Below are positions 1 to 8,573 of a stretch of 64,000 nt of DNA, one piece after another. The DNA is from a bacterium (lineage in GTDB: Bacteria > JADJOY01), in contig JAXLQJ010000005.1 in NCBI GenBank assembly GCA_046331705.1, positions 124,001 through 188,000 of the forward strand, given 5' to 3'. Both the position numbers and the translations under genes were made by a program. Position 1 is the stretch's first letter. Each line of letters begins with the position of its first letter. The notes under the pieces are model-generated. The model did no database searches and was not told the origin of the DNA. It worked only from the letters and a program-made list of their open reading frames with translations.

Positions 1-2
1 CC

Positions 3-1139
3 ATCAACATCCACCGGATCATCGCCAACGTGGCGTTCGGCGGATCCGTGGCTGCTGCTTACGCGGCGTGGAAGTACCTGGGCGCCACCACGGACGAAGA
101 GCGAGCCCACTACGACTGGATGGGCTACATCGGCAACTTCGTCGCGATCCTGGCGTTCCTGCCGCTGCCCTTCGCGGGCTACTACCTGGCGCGCGAGATC
201 TACGGCTACAACCAGGCACTCGGCATCATGATGATGGGCGGAGCGTTCTCTTGGCTCTTCATCATTCAAGCGGTGCTGATCGGCAATCTCTTCCTGGCCG
301 CCAACGCCTACCTGTGGCTCGGCATGGGCCGGATCGAGGGCGCCCAGCCGTTCCAGAAGTTCATCAAGTACCTGCTCCTCACGATCGCCTTGTGCTTCGC
401 GGTGTGGGCCACGCCGCGCTCCATCATCTCCACGGTCTCCGAGATTCGCGCGATGGGCGGTTCGACTCACCCCGCGCTCGGCTTCCTGGGTGTGATGTCG
501 GCCAAGAACACGGCGGTCAACATCCTGATCCTCACCACGTTCATGAGCTTCCTGCTCTACCGCCGCTCGGGAAAGCAATCCGTTCGCGAGTGGGCCACGA
601 AGGCGAACCTGGTTCAGTTCGCGCTCTTCTTCGGCGCCGCGGCCTGGGTGATCTTCTTCGGCATCCGCGGCTACTTCGTCGAAGCCAAGGTGCGCATCGG
701 CTACTCGGTCTACCAGGTGGTGGCGGTGCTGTTCGCGATGGTGGCGATCACCGCCATCGACGTCCCGCTCTATCGCGGCGCGCGCTCCACCGGTGAGACC
801 CGCTGGGGGCGAATGCCGCCGCTCTCGCAATACATCCTGATCTTCATCGCGGTCACCTTCACGTGGCTCATGGGCCTCATGGGTTACGTGCGCTCCGGGC
901 TGCGGATGCACTGGCACGTGTACGGCGTCGTCCGTGACAACTCGGTCGACGCCTTCACGCCCACGCTGGGCTTCGCGACCAAGGTGGTTTCGGTGACAGT
1001 CCTGATCTTCTTCGCGCTGATCGGCATGGTCTTCTGGCTCGCGGGCCTCTCCCACGCCCCCGATTGGACCGCCAAGGGCGCGGAGCCGGCCAGCCCGGGC
1101 GCGGGCGGGCACCACGCCGGCGAAGGAGCGGCGGCATGA
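3..1139 (+). CDS. Cytochrome bd-like oxidase subunit I (CydA-like, Nitrospira-type), 5'-truncated by the window edge
   Basis: Frame is open from position 3 (INIHRIIANVAFGG). Polytopic membrane protein with YYLAREIY and a C-terminal WLMGLMGYVRSGLR..WHVYGVVRD segment corresponding to the CydA GRxPW region of bd-like oxidases. Stop overlaps the next ATG (ATGA). Confidence 0.75.
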   Translation: MNIHRIIANVAFGGSVAAAYAAWKYLGATTDEERAHYDWMGYIGNFVAILAFLPLPFAGYYLAREIYGYNQALGIMMMGGAFSWLFIIQAVLIGNLFLAANAYLWLGMGRIEGAQPFQKFIKYLLLTIALCFAVWATPRSIISTVSEIRAMGGSTHPALGFLGVMSAKNTAVNILILTTFMSFLLYRRSGKQSVREWATKANLVQFALFFGAAAWVIFFGIRGYFVEAKVRIGYSVYQVVAVLFAMVAITAIDVPLYRGARSTGETRWGRMPPLSQYILIFIAVTFTWLMGLMGYVRSGLRMHWHVYGVVRDNSVDAFTPTLGFATKVVSVTVLIFFALIGMVFWLAGLSHAPDWTAKGAEPASPGAGGHHAGEGAAA

Positions 1140-1627
1140 GGATTCCGCCCGCGCTCAACGTGGTGGTGCTCGTGATCGCGACCACTGCGTTCTACACCTA
1201 CGTCGGCCAGCTGGTGCCCCAGAAGGAGATCCAGCCGCCCGCGGAGGTGAAGATCTCGAAGGACATGACCACCGCGGACTTGATCAAGGTCGGTGACGAG
1301 ATCGCGCACGGCAAAGGCATGTGCAGCACCTGCCACACGATCGGCAAGACCGGTGCGCTTCGTTACCCCGACCTGCAAGGCGTGGGAGAGCGCGCCAAGA
1401 CTCGCAAGCCCGGCTACAGCGACGTCGACTACTTCGCCGAGTCGCTCTACGAGCCCGACGCGTTCGTCGTACCGGGGTTCAACAAGGGCATGCCCACCAT
1501 CAACAAGGCTCCCATCGGCCTGACCGACGAGGAGATCCTCGCCGTGATGGCTTGGCTCCAGAGCCAGGGCGGCACGCCGAACGTCACCCTCAAGACCACG
1601 CACAAGTACCGGCCAAAGGCCGACTGA
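1136..1627 (+). CDS. Membrane-anchored monoheme c-type cytochrome
   Basis: ATG at 1136 overlaps the upstream TGA; N-terminal TM helix; CSTCH heme motif; ESLYEPDAFVVPGF..GMP distal Met region. Confidence 0.85.
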   Translation: MRIPPALNVVVLVIATTAFYTYVGQLVPQKEIQPPAEVKISKDMTTADLIKVGDEIAHGKGMCSTCHTIGKTGALRYPDLQGVGERAKTRKPGYSDVDYFAESLYEPDAFVVPGFNKGMPTINKAPIGLTDEEILAVMAWLQSQGGTPNVTLKTTHKYRPKAD

Positions 1628-1668
1628 GACACCTGCGAAACGCGCTCGCGGGCCCGAGAGAGATCACC

Positions 1669-2490
1669 GTGAACCTCATCGTCATCGCCGGGATCGTCGC
1701 GGTGCTGATCGTGCTGCGGTTCGTCAGGCCGCCGCTGCCGATCTGGCTATCGGCGTGCTGGCTCGCGGTGTTCGCGCTGGTTCGCTTGGGATTCACGACG
1801 CCGGTGCCCGCCTCGGCCGTCAAGATCTACCTCTCGATCACGACCCTCGCCCTGTTCGTCTACGCGTTCACTTCTGCCGAGCGCGCCGCTCAGATCACCG
1901 GCCCGCTCGGCAAGCTGCTCGCGGAGCCGCGCTACACCCCGTTGCTCGCGCTGGTGGCCGTGGCGATCCCGGCGCTCGTCGCTTTCGACGTCTACAAGAC
2001 GCGGACTGCGCCCATCGAGGCCCCGTTCTTCGCTCGCACGATCCATCCGTCGCCCCCGACCAGCATCACGGTTCACGACGCGGCCGTGGACCTGATCAAG
2101 ACGGAGAATCCGTTCCGGCATCTCAAGGAAAGCGATTCCGACGCGTACAGACGGCACATCGATGCCGGGCGCGCGACCTACTACCAGAATTGCTTCTACT
2201 GTCATGGCGACGGCCTCGGTGGCGATGGGGTGTTCGCGCACGGATACAACCCGCTCCCCACCAAGTTCACCGACCCCAACGTCCTGCCGAACTTCCAGTC
2301 GTCCTTCTTCTTCTGGCGGGTGTCCAAGGGTGGTCCGGGCATGCCCGACGAGGGCGGCCCCGGCGACTCCGCGATGCCGCCCTGGGAGAAGTTCTTGAGC
2401 AACGACGAGATGTGGGAGGTGATTCTCTTCCTCTACGATTTCACCGGCATGCAGCCCAGAGCTCTGGAAGAGCACGGCGCGCACGAATGA
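1669..2490 (+). CDS. Membrane protein with C-terminal monoheme cytochrome c domain
   Basis: GTG start inferred; about 4 hydrophobic helices, then CFYCH and SAMPPW. Confidence 0.8.
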   Translation: MNLIVIAGIVAVLIVLRFVRPPLPIWLSACWLAVFALVRLGFTTPVPASAVKIYLSITTLALFVYAFTSAERAAQITGPLGKLLAEPRYTPLLALVAVAIPALVAFDVYKTRTAPIEAPFFARTIHPSPPTSITVHDAAVDLIKTENPFRHLKESDSDAYRRHIDAGRATYYQNCFYCHGDGLGGDGVFAHGYNPLPTKFTDPNVLPNFQSSFFFWRVSKGGPGMPDEGGPGDSAMPPWEKFLSNDEMWEVILFLYDFTGMQPRALEEHGAHE

Positions 2491-4172
2491 GAGCGATTCG
2501 CGTCGCAGCCCTCGGTGGGCTCGGATTGGCCGCGAGCCTCGGGCTCGCTTCGGCGGCCACCCCCGATCTCGGCACTCCGGCGCAACGCGACGCCGGCAAG
2601 CTGCTCTACGAGAAATACTGCAGCCAATGCCACGGTGAGAAAGGCGATGGCGCTGGGGTCGCCGCCGCCCACCTGAAGCCCAAGCCTCGCGACTTCACCA
2701 AAGGCAAGTTCAAGATCCGTAGCACGCCTGGCGGTTCCGTTCCGACCACCGCCGACCTCGTGCGCATCATCCGCCACGGCATGCCGTACAGCACGATGCC
2801 CGCCTGGCCGAGCTTCAAGGACGACGAGCTCCAATCGCTCGCTTATTACGTGAAGAGTTTCTCCCCGCACTTCTCCGACGCCGAGTCGAACGCGGATCCG
2901 GTCCCGCTGCCCCAGCCGCCACCTTTCTCGAAGGAGCGCGCCGAGCAGGGCAAGAAGCTCTACGCGGACACGGGGTGCGCGCGCTGCCACGGCGTCGCCG
3001 GGCGTGGCGACGGCCCTTCGGCGCCGACGCTCAAGGACGATTGGGGAAACCATCTCCACCCTGCCGTTCTCGAGCGCCCCTGGACCTTTCGCGGAGGCGC
3101 GACGCGCGCCGACATCTTCCGCGCCATCACCACCGGTCTGACCGGCACTCCGATGCCGGCGTTCCAGGAGGCGCTGAGCGAGGAGCAGCGTTGGCAGCTC
3201 GTCGATTTCATCGCGTCGCTCTCCGGGCGTGAGCAACCCAATTACTCGAATCTGGTGCGCGTAGCGCGCGTCAACGGCGAGCTCGACATCACCCAGGCAG
3301 ACGAGACCTTCGCCAGCGCGGAGCCCGCCTTCTTTCCCGTCGTCGGTCAGATCTCGCAACCGGGACGCGAGTTTCACCCATCGTGCAACGGCATCGAGGT
3401 GACGGCCGTCCAGAACGGCACGGACATCGCGATTCGTTTGCGTTGGACGGACATGCGGGCCGAGACCAGCGGCAAGAACGACCCCGCCCAGAAGGTCCCC
3501 GACTGGAAGGACGATCCGTTCGGCGGGGCTCCCAAAGCGGCGGCTCCGGCGACCGACTCCGGCGACGTGTGGGGAGACGAGGTGGCGACACCCGCCGCAG
3601 GCGGGACCGCCGCATCCGGTGCCGGCGGCGACTTCTGGGGCGAGGGCGAATCCGAGCCCGCCGCGGCCAGCCAGACCCCGGAGACTGAGTTCTCGGACGC
3701 GGTCGCGATCCAGTTTCCGCTCGACGAGGCCACCGAGGTTCGCCGCCCGTACTTCATCTTCGGCGACGCGGGCCACGCGGTGGATCTGTGGTTCCTCGAC
3801 CTCGCTCACGCCAACCCCGTGCAGTACGTGGGCAAGGGCTACGAGTCCTTGGAGTCGCAGGGCGCCGGTGACCTCAGCGCGATCAAGCAATACGAACAGG
3901 GGCGCTGGACGGCGATCTTCAAGCGTCCCTTGCGCAGCCGCGGCGGCGCCCATCTCGAGGAAGGCAAGTTCACCCCCGTCGCGTTCAGCGTCTGGGATGG
4001 CTTCAACCGTGAGCGCGGCAACAAGCGCGGGCTCACGACCTGGTACCACCTCTACGTCGAGGCGGGCACGCCCGAGTCGCCGGTCGCACCGATGGCGCGG
4101 GCGGCGGGCTCGGTACTCGCGGTGGAGCTGGTGGTGATCGCCGTGGCGCGGCGTCGTCGCAAGGCGAGCTGA
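2487..4172 (+). CDS. Diheme c-type cytochrome fused to an ethylbenzene-dehydrogenase gamma (EB_dh/DOMON heme-b)-like domain, C-terminal membrane anchor
   Basis: ATGA overlap; signal peptide; CSQCH and CARCH, each followed by MPAW/MPAF; C-terminal FSDAVAIQFP...GRWTAIFKRPL...VAFSVWDG..ERGNK is typical of EbdC/NxrC-like domains; terminal TM helix plus RRRRK. Confidence 0.8.
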   Translation: MRAIRVAALGGLGLAASLGLASAATPDLGTPAQRDAGKLLYEKYCSQCHGEKGDGAGVAAAHLKPKPRDFTKGKFKIRSTPGGSVPTTADLVRIIRHGMPYSTMPAWPSFKDDELQSLAYYVKSFSPHFSDAESNADPVPLPQPPPFSKERAEQGKKLYADTGCARCHGVAGRGDGPSAPTLKDDWGNHLHPAVLERPWTFRGGATRADIFRAITTGLTGTPMPAFQEALSEEQRWQLVDFIASLSGREQPNYSNLVRVARVNGELDITQADETFASAEPAFFPVVGQISQPGREFHPSCNGIEVTAVQNGTDIAIRLRWTDMRAETSGKNDPAQKVPDWKDDPFGGAPKAAAPATDSGDVWGDEVATPAAGGTAASGAGGDFWGEGESEPAAASQTPETEFSDAVAIQFPLDEATEVRRPYFIFGDAGHAVDLWFLDLAHANPVQYVGKGYESLESQGAGDLSAIKQYEQGRWTAIFKRPLRSRGGAHLEEGKFTPVAFSVWDGFNRERGNKRGLTTWYHLYVEAGTPESPVAPMARAAGSVLAVELVVIAVARRRRKAS

Positions 4173-4212
4173 TCGCGCACCAGCGCCGTCGTAGCGAAAG
4201 GCTGGAGGGCTC

Positions 4213-6285
4213 ATGTACGAAACGATCTACGTGCCCGTCGACAACTCCCCCCACTCGAACGAGGCGATCCACCTCGGCGTCGAGCTCGGCAAGGCCTTCT
4301 CGAGCCGCATGGTGGGCTGTCACGTCTACGCCGCGCGCATGCACGACTACCGCTTCAAGCAGATGGAGTTCACGCTCCCCGAGGAGTACCTCGAGGAGAA
4401 CGAGCTCATGCGCCAGCGCAAGATCCACGACAGCCTCATCACCATGGGGCTCAAGCTCATCTCCGACAGCTACTTGGCGCCGATGGCGGAAACGTGTGCC
4501 ACCGCGGGGCTCGAGTTCGAGCCCCGCATGATGGACGGCAAGCACTCGGTGGAGCTGCTGCGCGACATCGACGCGCACGGCTACGATCTGGTGGTGCTGG
4601 GCGCCCTCGGGCTGGGACGCGTACGCGACAGCCAGATCGGCTCGGTGTGCGAGCGCGTGGTGCGCAGCACCACCCGCGACGTGCTCGTCATCAAGGACGT
4701 CCCGGCCAAGGACGGCACCCGCGAGGCGACCAGCGACACGATCCTGGTCGGCATCGACGGCAGCCCGCAGTCCTTCGGCGCGCTGATGACCGCCATCGAG
4801 CTCGCGCGAAAGCTCGGCAAGCGCGTCGAGGCCGTCGCCGTCTACGATCCTTACCTGCACTACTCGGTGTTCGCGAGCGTGGTCGACGTGCTCACCGAGA
4901 AGGCGGCCAAGGTGTTCCGCTTCGAGGAGCAGAACCAGCTCCACGAGGAGATCATCGACACCGGTCTCGCCCAGATCTACGAGTCGCACCTGAAGGTCGC
5001 CGAGCACATGGCGCGCTCGGTGGGCGTCGAGATCACGCGCACCTTGCTCGACGGCAAGGCCTTCCAGAAGGTGCTCGACCACGTCCGCAAGACGCGCCCC
5101 TGGCTCTTGGTGCTGGGACGAATCGGCGTCCACAGCCCGAGCGACGAGCGCTCGCTGGGAAGCAACACCGAGAACCTGCTGCGCCAGGCGCCTTGCAACG
5201 TGCTGCTCACGACGCGCGTCGAGCACCCCGAGCTCGACGTGAAGGCCGAGGAGACCATCCGCTGGACGCCCGAGGCGGAGGAGCGGATGACCAACGTGCC
5301 GCCGCTCGTCCAAGGGATCGCGCGCACCGCGATCTACCGGCTCGCGGTCGAGCAGGGTCATAGCGTGATCACCAGCTCGCTGCTCGACGAGGCGATGGAC
5401 CGCTACATGCCGAAGGCGACCGCCGAGGCGACCACCAAGTTCGCCGAGGCACTCATCCTCGAGCGCGCGAAGGAGCAGCCGGTGGCGGTGTGCCGGCGTT
5501 GCGGCGTCACCGCGAGCGAGACCGAGCCGGTCAAGTGCGCGGTGTGCGGCGCGACCACCTTCGACAAGATCAGCGCCGCGCAAGTCGCCGAGATCATCCG
5601 CATGGAAGGCGGCGCCGAGGCCGAGACCACCTACGATGGCCGCTCGCTGACCTGGACCCAGGACGCGAAGCGCGCGTTGTGGACGCTCAAGGAACCCTAC
5701 CAGCGCCGCCGCACCAAGGCGCGGATCGAGAAATCGGTCCGGCTCAAGCGGCTCGACACCGTGACGCTCGAGCTCGCGCGCGGCGCGATCGAGGACGAGC
5801 TCGGCGCGCCGCTCGCGCTGGGCGAGCGCGAGCCGACGAGCGCAGGCTCCGCCGAAGCCGCGGGGCTCACGCTCGACGACGGCAAGAAGCTGATCGCGCG
5901 CGACGACAAGAAGAACCCGCTCTTCTCCACCCGCAAATGGACCGCGGACGCCGTGCAGCGCGTCTTCCGGGTACCCGCGGGCTTCATGCGAACCAAGACC
6001 CAGGAGCGCATCGAGGCGCTGGCCGACGAGCGCCAGAGCGTGGTCATCGACCTGGCGCTGGTGGAGGAAGCGATCGGCGCGAGCCGACAGCTCATGGCCG
6101 AGATGATCCAGGGCTACGCGGCCAACCCCGAGGCCGCGCGGCGCGTCGTGACCGCGCCGTCCGCACCGGCGCTCGCGCGACCGGGATCCGCGAGCGAGCC
6201 CGTTCCGCTCAACGAGGTCGGCATCATGTCCGCGCTGAGCGCGATGCGGCAGGGCGGCCAGGGCGGCGAGAGCGCCGACAACTGA
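4213..6285 (+). CDS. Tandem universal stress protein domains + rubredoxin-like Zn finger + three PCP_red-like domains
   Basis: GGAGG RBS; two USP domains (IYVPVDNS..DLVVLGALG..GSV; ILVGIDGS..LLVLG..GSN); CRRC..CAVC; three W[T]xxA-type helical repeats starting near 5263, 5653 and 5938. Confidence 0.8.
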   Translation: MYETIYVPVDNSPHSNEAIHLGVELGKAFSSRMVGCHVYAARMHDYRFKQMEFTLPEEYLEENELMRQRKIHDSLITMGLKLISDSYLAPMAETCATAGLEFEPRMMDGKHSVELLRDIDAHGYDLVVLGALGLGRVRDSQIGSVCERVVRSTTRDVLVIKDVPAKDGTREATSDTILVGIDGSPQSFGALMTAIELARKLGKRVEAVAVYDPYLHYSVFASVVDVLTEKAAKVFRFEEQNQLHEEIIDTGLAQIYESHLKVAEHMARSVGVEITRTLLDGKAFQKVLDHVRKTRPWLLVLGRIGVHSPSDERSLGSNTENLLRQAPCNVLLTTRVEHPELDVKAEETIRWTPEAEERMTNVPPLVQGIARTAIYRLAVEQGHSVITSSLLDEAMDRYMPKATAEATTKFAEALILERAKEQPVAVCRRCGVTASETEPVKCAVCGATTFDKISAAQVAEIIRMEGGAEAETTYDGRSLTWTQDAKRALWTLKEPYQRRRTKARIEKSVRLKRLDTVTLELARGAIEDELGAPLALGEREPTSAGSAEAAGLTLDDGKKLIARDDKKNPLFSTRKWTADAVQRVFRVPAGFMRTKTQERIEALADERQSVVIDLALVEEAIGASRQLMAEMIQGYAANPEAARRVVTAPSAPALARPGSASEPVPLNEVGIMSALSAMRQGGQGGESADN

Positions 6286-6337
6286 GCTCCGCGCACTGCC
6301 GCTGCGTCGAGCGTCCGCCCGATCGAGCCTCGTCGCG

Positions 6338-7189
6338 ATGCCCGGCTATCGGTTCTGCCGAACCGACGATCTCGGCTTGCTGGCGGATGCGTACAACCGC
6401 TGCATCGCCGCGCACGTGCCCGGCGCACCCGCGCTCACGGCGGAGCGACTGAAACGGCGCGGGCGCAACGTCGACTTCTGGGCCTCGAGCTCGATGCTGG
6501 CGTTCGGCGATGACGGCCCGATCGGCGTGCTGCTCGCAGCCAAGCGCACGGCAGCAACCTGCCTCCTCGCCGTCGGGCTGCACCCGGACCATCGACGTCA
6601 GGGGCATGCGCGCCATCTGCTCGGATCGCTCGCCCAGAAGCTCGAGATTCTCGGCCCCCCGCGACTGATCTTCGAGGTCGACGCGACGGATGCGGCGACC
6701 CACGGACTGCTCGCGGCGTGCGGATGGCGCGAGACCGGCGAGCTCGCGGACCTGGTCCGGGAGAGCGAAACGCACGCCGCGCCTCGCCCCCCGCAAGCGC
6801 TTCCCGATCTCGCCACGCCAGTCACCTTCGACGAGCTGGCCGCGGTGGGCACGATCGGTTCGTGCGAGTCGTGGACGCGCGCCCGCGCGACCCTCAAGCG
6901 CCGCGCCGGAGAGCTCGAGGGCCTGGCGATCCTCTCCGATCGCGTCGAGGCCTTCTGCCTCTTCGAGCACGGCCCCGACGGCGCCGAGCTCTCGATCGCG
7001 GCGCTCGGGGCGCCCGGCTCGGACGCGGCGCTCGCGCCGCTCGTCGATGCGCTGGCGGCGCGCGGCGCAGCACGGCTGCGTATCCCGCGACTCGGCACGG
7101 ACGAGGTCTCGATCGACTTGCTGGCCGCGCTCGGCTTTCGCAGCGAGCGCCGCTGGTCTCGATTTTCGCTCGACGTGAGCGTCGGGTAG
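6338..7189 (+). CDS. GNAT-family acetyltransferase-like protein
   Basis: VGLHPDHRRQGHARHLL acetyl-CoA binding motif A; second degenerate GNAT half ending ALGF. Confidence 0.7.
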   Translation: MPGYRFCRTDDLGLLADAYNRCIAAHVPGAPALTAERLKRRGRNVDFWASSSMLAFGDDGPIGVLLAAKRTAATCLLAVGLHPDHRRQGHARHLLGSLAQKLEILGPPRLIFEVDATDAATHGLLAACGWRETGELADLVRESETHAAPRPPQALPDLATPVTFDELAAVGTIGSCESWTRARATLKRRAGELEGLAILSDRVEAFCLFEHGPDGAELSIAALGAPGSDAALAPLVDALAARGAARLRIPRLGTDEVSIDLLAALGFRSERRWSRFSLDVSVG

Positions 7190-7205
7190 CCTCGCGCGGA
7201 CCGTC

Positions 7206-8081
7206 ATGAAGAGTTACCACGACATCGTCGGGGACGGCGGCGCCAACGTCCTGGGCCAAGTCCAAGCGATCCGCGCGCGGCGCGCGCGCAACCTGAGCGA
7301 GATCCGCAACCTGATCGCGGTGGCGTCGGGCAAGGGGGGCGTCGGCAAGAGCACGCTCGCGACCCAGCTCGCCGCGGGCCTTCACGACGCCGGTCGCCGC
7401 GTCGCGATCCTCGACGCGGATCTCAACGGCCCCAGCCAGGCTCGGCTCACGGGGCTCGGTCTCAAACCGCTGGTGCCGACGAGCGACGGTCGCGTCGCGC
7501 TTCCCCGAACCGCGCACGGCATCGGCGTGGTCTCGATCGGCGCACTGGTGCCCGAAGGCGAAGAGCTGCGCTTCGACACCGTCGCCAGCGGCGAGATGCA
7601 CACCTGGCGCGCCACGCGCGAGTTCACCTTGCTCGAGGAGCTGCTCGGCACGGTCGCGTGGGGTCCGCTCGACGACCTCGTGATCGACCTACCGCCGGGC
7701 GCGGAGCGCGCCGTCCAGTTCGCGGAGTTCCTCGGGGCGGCGGTGCGATTCGTCGTGATCACGATCCCCAGCTCGCTGGCACGCGGCGTGGTGGCGCGCT
7801 CGCTCGCGGCGCTCGCGAAGACTCCCAACCGCGTGCTCGGATACGTCGAGAACATGAGCGGCTATCACTGCATCGGATGCGCCAGCACCCAGCCGCTGTT
7901 CCCGAGCGAGCAACCGCGCGAGCTCGCGGCGCGGTTCCTGGGAAGCGTTCCGTTCGACCCCGCGCTGGCGGCGCGCTGCGATCGCGGCGAGTCGGTCTTC
8001 GCGCCGCCCACGCTGCCGTCCGCCGCCGCCGTCGCCGCGATCGTGGAACGCGTGATCGCCGCGCTCGAGGAGGTCCCGTGA
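7206..8081 (+). CDS. mrp: Mrp/ApbC/NBP35 family P-loop ATPase (Fe-S cluster carrier)
   Basis: ASGKGGVGKST deviant Walker A, DADLNGPS, DLPPG, ENMSGYHCIGC cluster-binding CxxC. Confidence 0.85.
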   Translation: MKSYHDIVGDGGANVLGQVQAIRARRARNLSEIRNLIAVASGKGGVGKSTLATQLAAGLHDAGRRVAILDADLNGPSQARLTGLGLKPLVPTSDGRVALPRTAHGIGVVSIGALVPEGEELRFDTVASGEMHTWRATREFTLLEELLGTVAWGPLDDLVIDLPPGAERAVQFAEFLGAAVRFVVITIPSSLARGVVARSLAALAKTPNRVLGYVENMSGYHCIGCASTQPLFPSEQPRELAARFLGSVPFDPALAARCDRGESVFAPPTLPSAAAVAAIVERVIAALEEVP

Positions 8082-8521
8082 AGTTCCTCTGCGTCCCCTG
8101 CGATTCCCCGATGCGCCTCGTCGAGACCAAGCCGCCGGATCGCGGCTCGCTCACGCTGCTCTACGCGTGCCCGGCCTGCGGTTACGAGATGGCGATGCTG
8201 ACGAACCCCTTCGAGACCCAGGTGGTGGGCTCGCTCGGTGTGAACGTCGAGCCGGGTGGCGCGCCCAGCGCGCCGACGGCGGGCGCCTCGAAGTGCCCCA
8301 TCGCGGGCATCGCGCGCGGCGAAGCCGAGCCGCTCCCGACCGCGTCGACGGACGCGGGCCCGCTCACGTGGACCGCCGAGGCGGAACGTCGGCTCGACAA
8401 CGTGCCGTCGTTCGCGCGGCCCATGGCGCGCACCGGCGTCGAACGTTTCGCACGCGAGCGCGGCTACGCCCGCATCGACGAGCGGGTCATGGACGAGGCC
8501 AAGGACTTCTTCGGGATGTGA
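8078..8521 (+). CDS. Small Zn-ribbon protein with C-terminal PCP_red-like domain
   Basis: GTGA overlap with mrp and GGAGG RBS; MKFLCVPC..CPAC; SKCP; WTAEAERRLDNVPSFARPMARTGVERFARERGYARIDERVMDEAK. Confidence 0.8.
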   Translation: MKFLCVPCDSPMRLVETKPPDRGSLTLLYACPACGYEMAMLTNPFETQVVGSLGVNVEPGGAPSAPTAGASKCPIAGIARGEAEPLPTASTDAGPLTWTAEAERRLDNVPSFARPMARTGVERFARERGYARIDERVMDEAKDFFGM

Positions 8522-8573
8522 CGGCGCGCGCGCACGCCTCACGCTCACCTCGACCGGCCCGAGCGACGTCGCC

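Noticed and set aside
2487-4172. Calling the locus nitrite oxidoreductase or ethylbenzene dehydrogenase
   Set aside because: Only a gamma-like domain is visible; no molybdopterin alpha or Fe-S beta subunit in the window.
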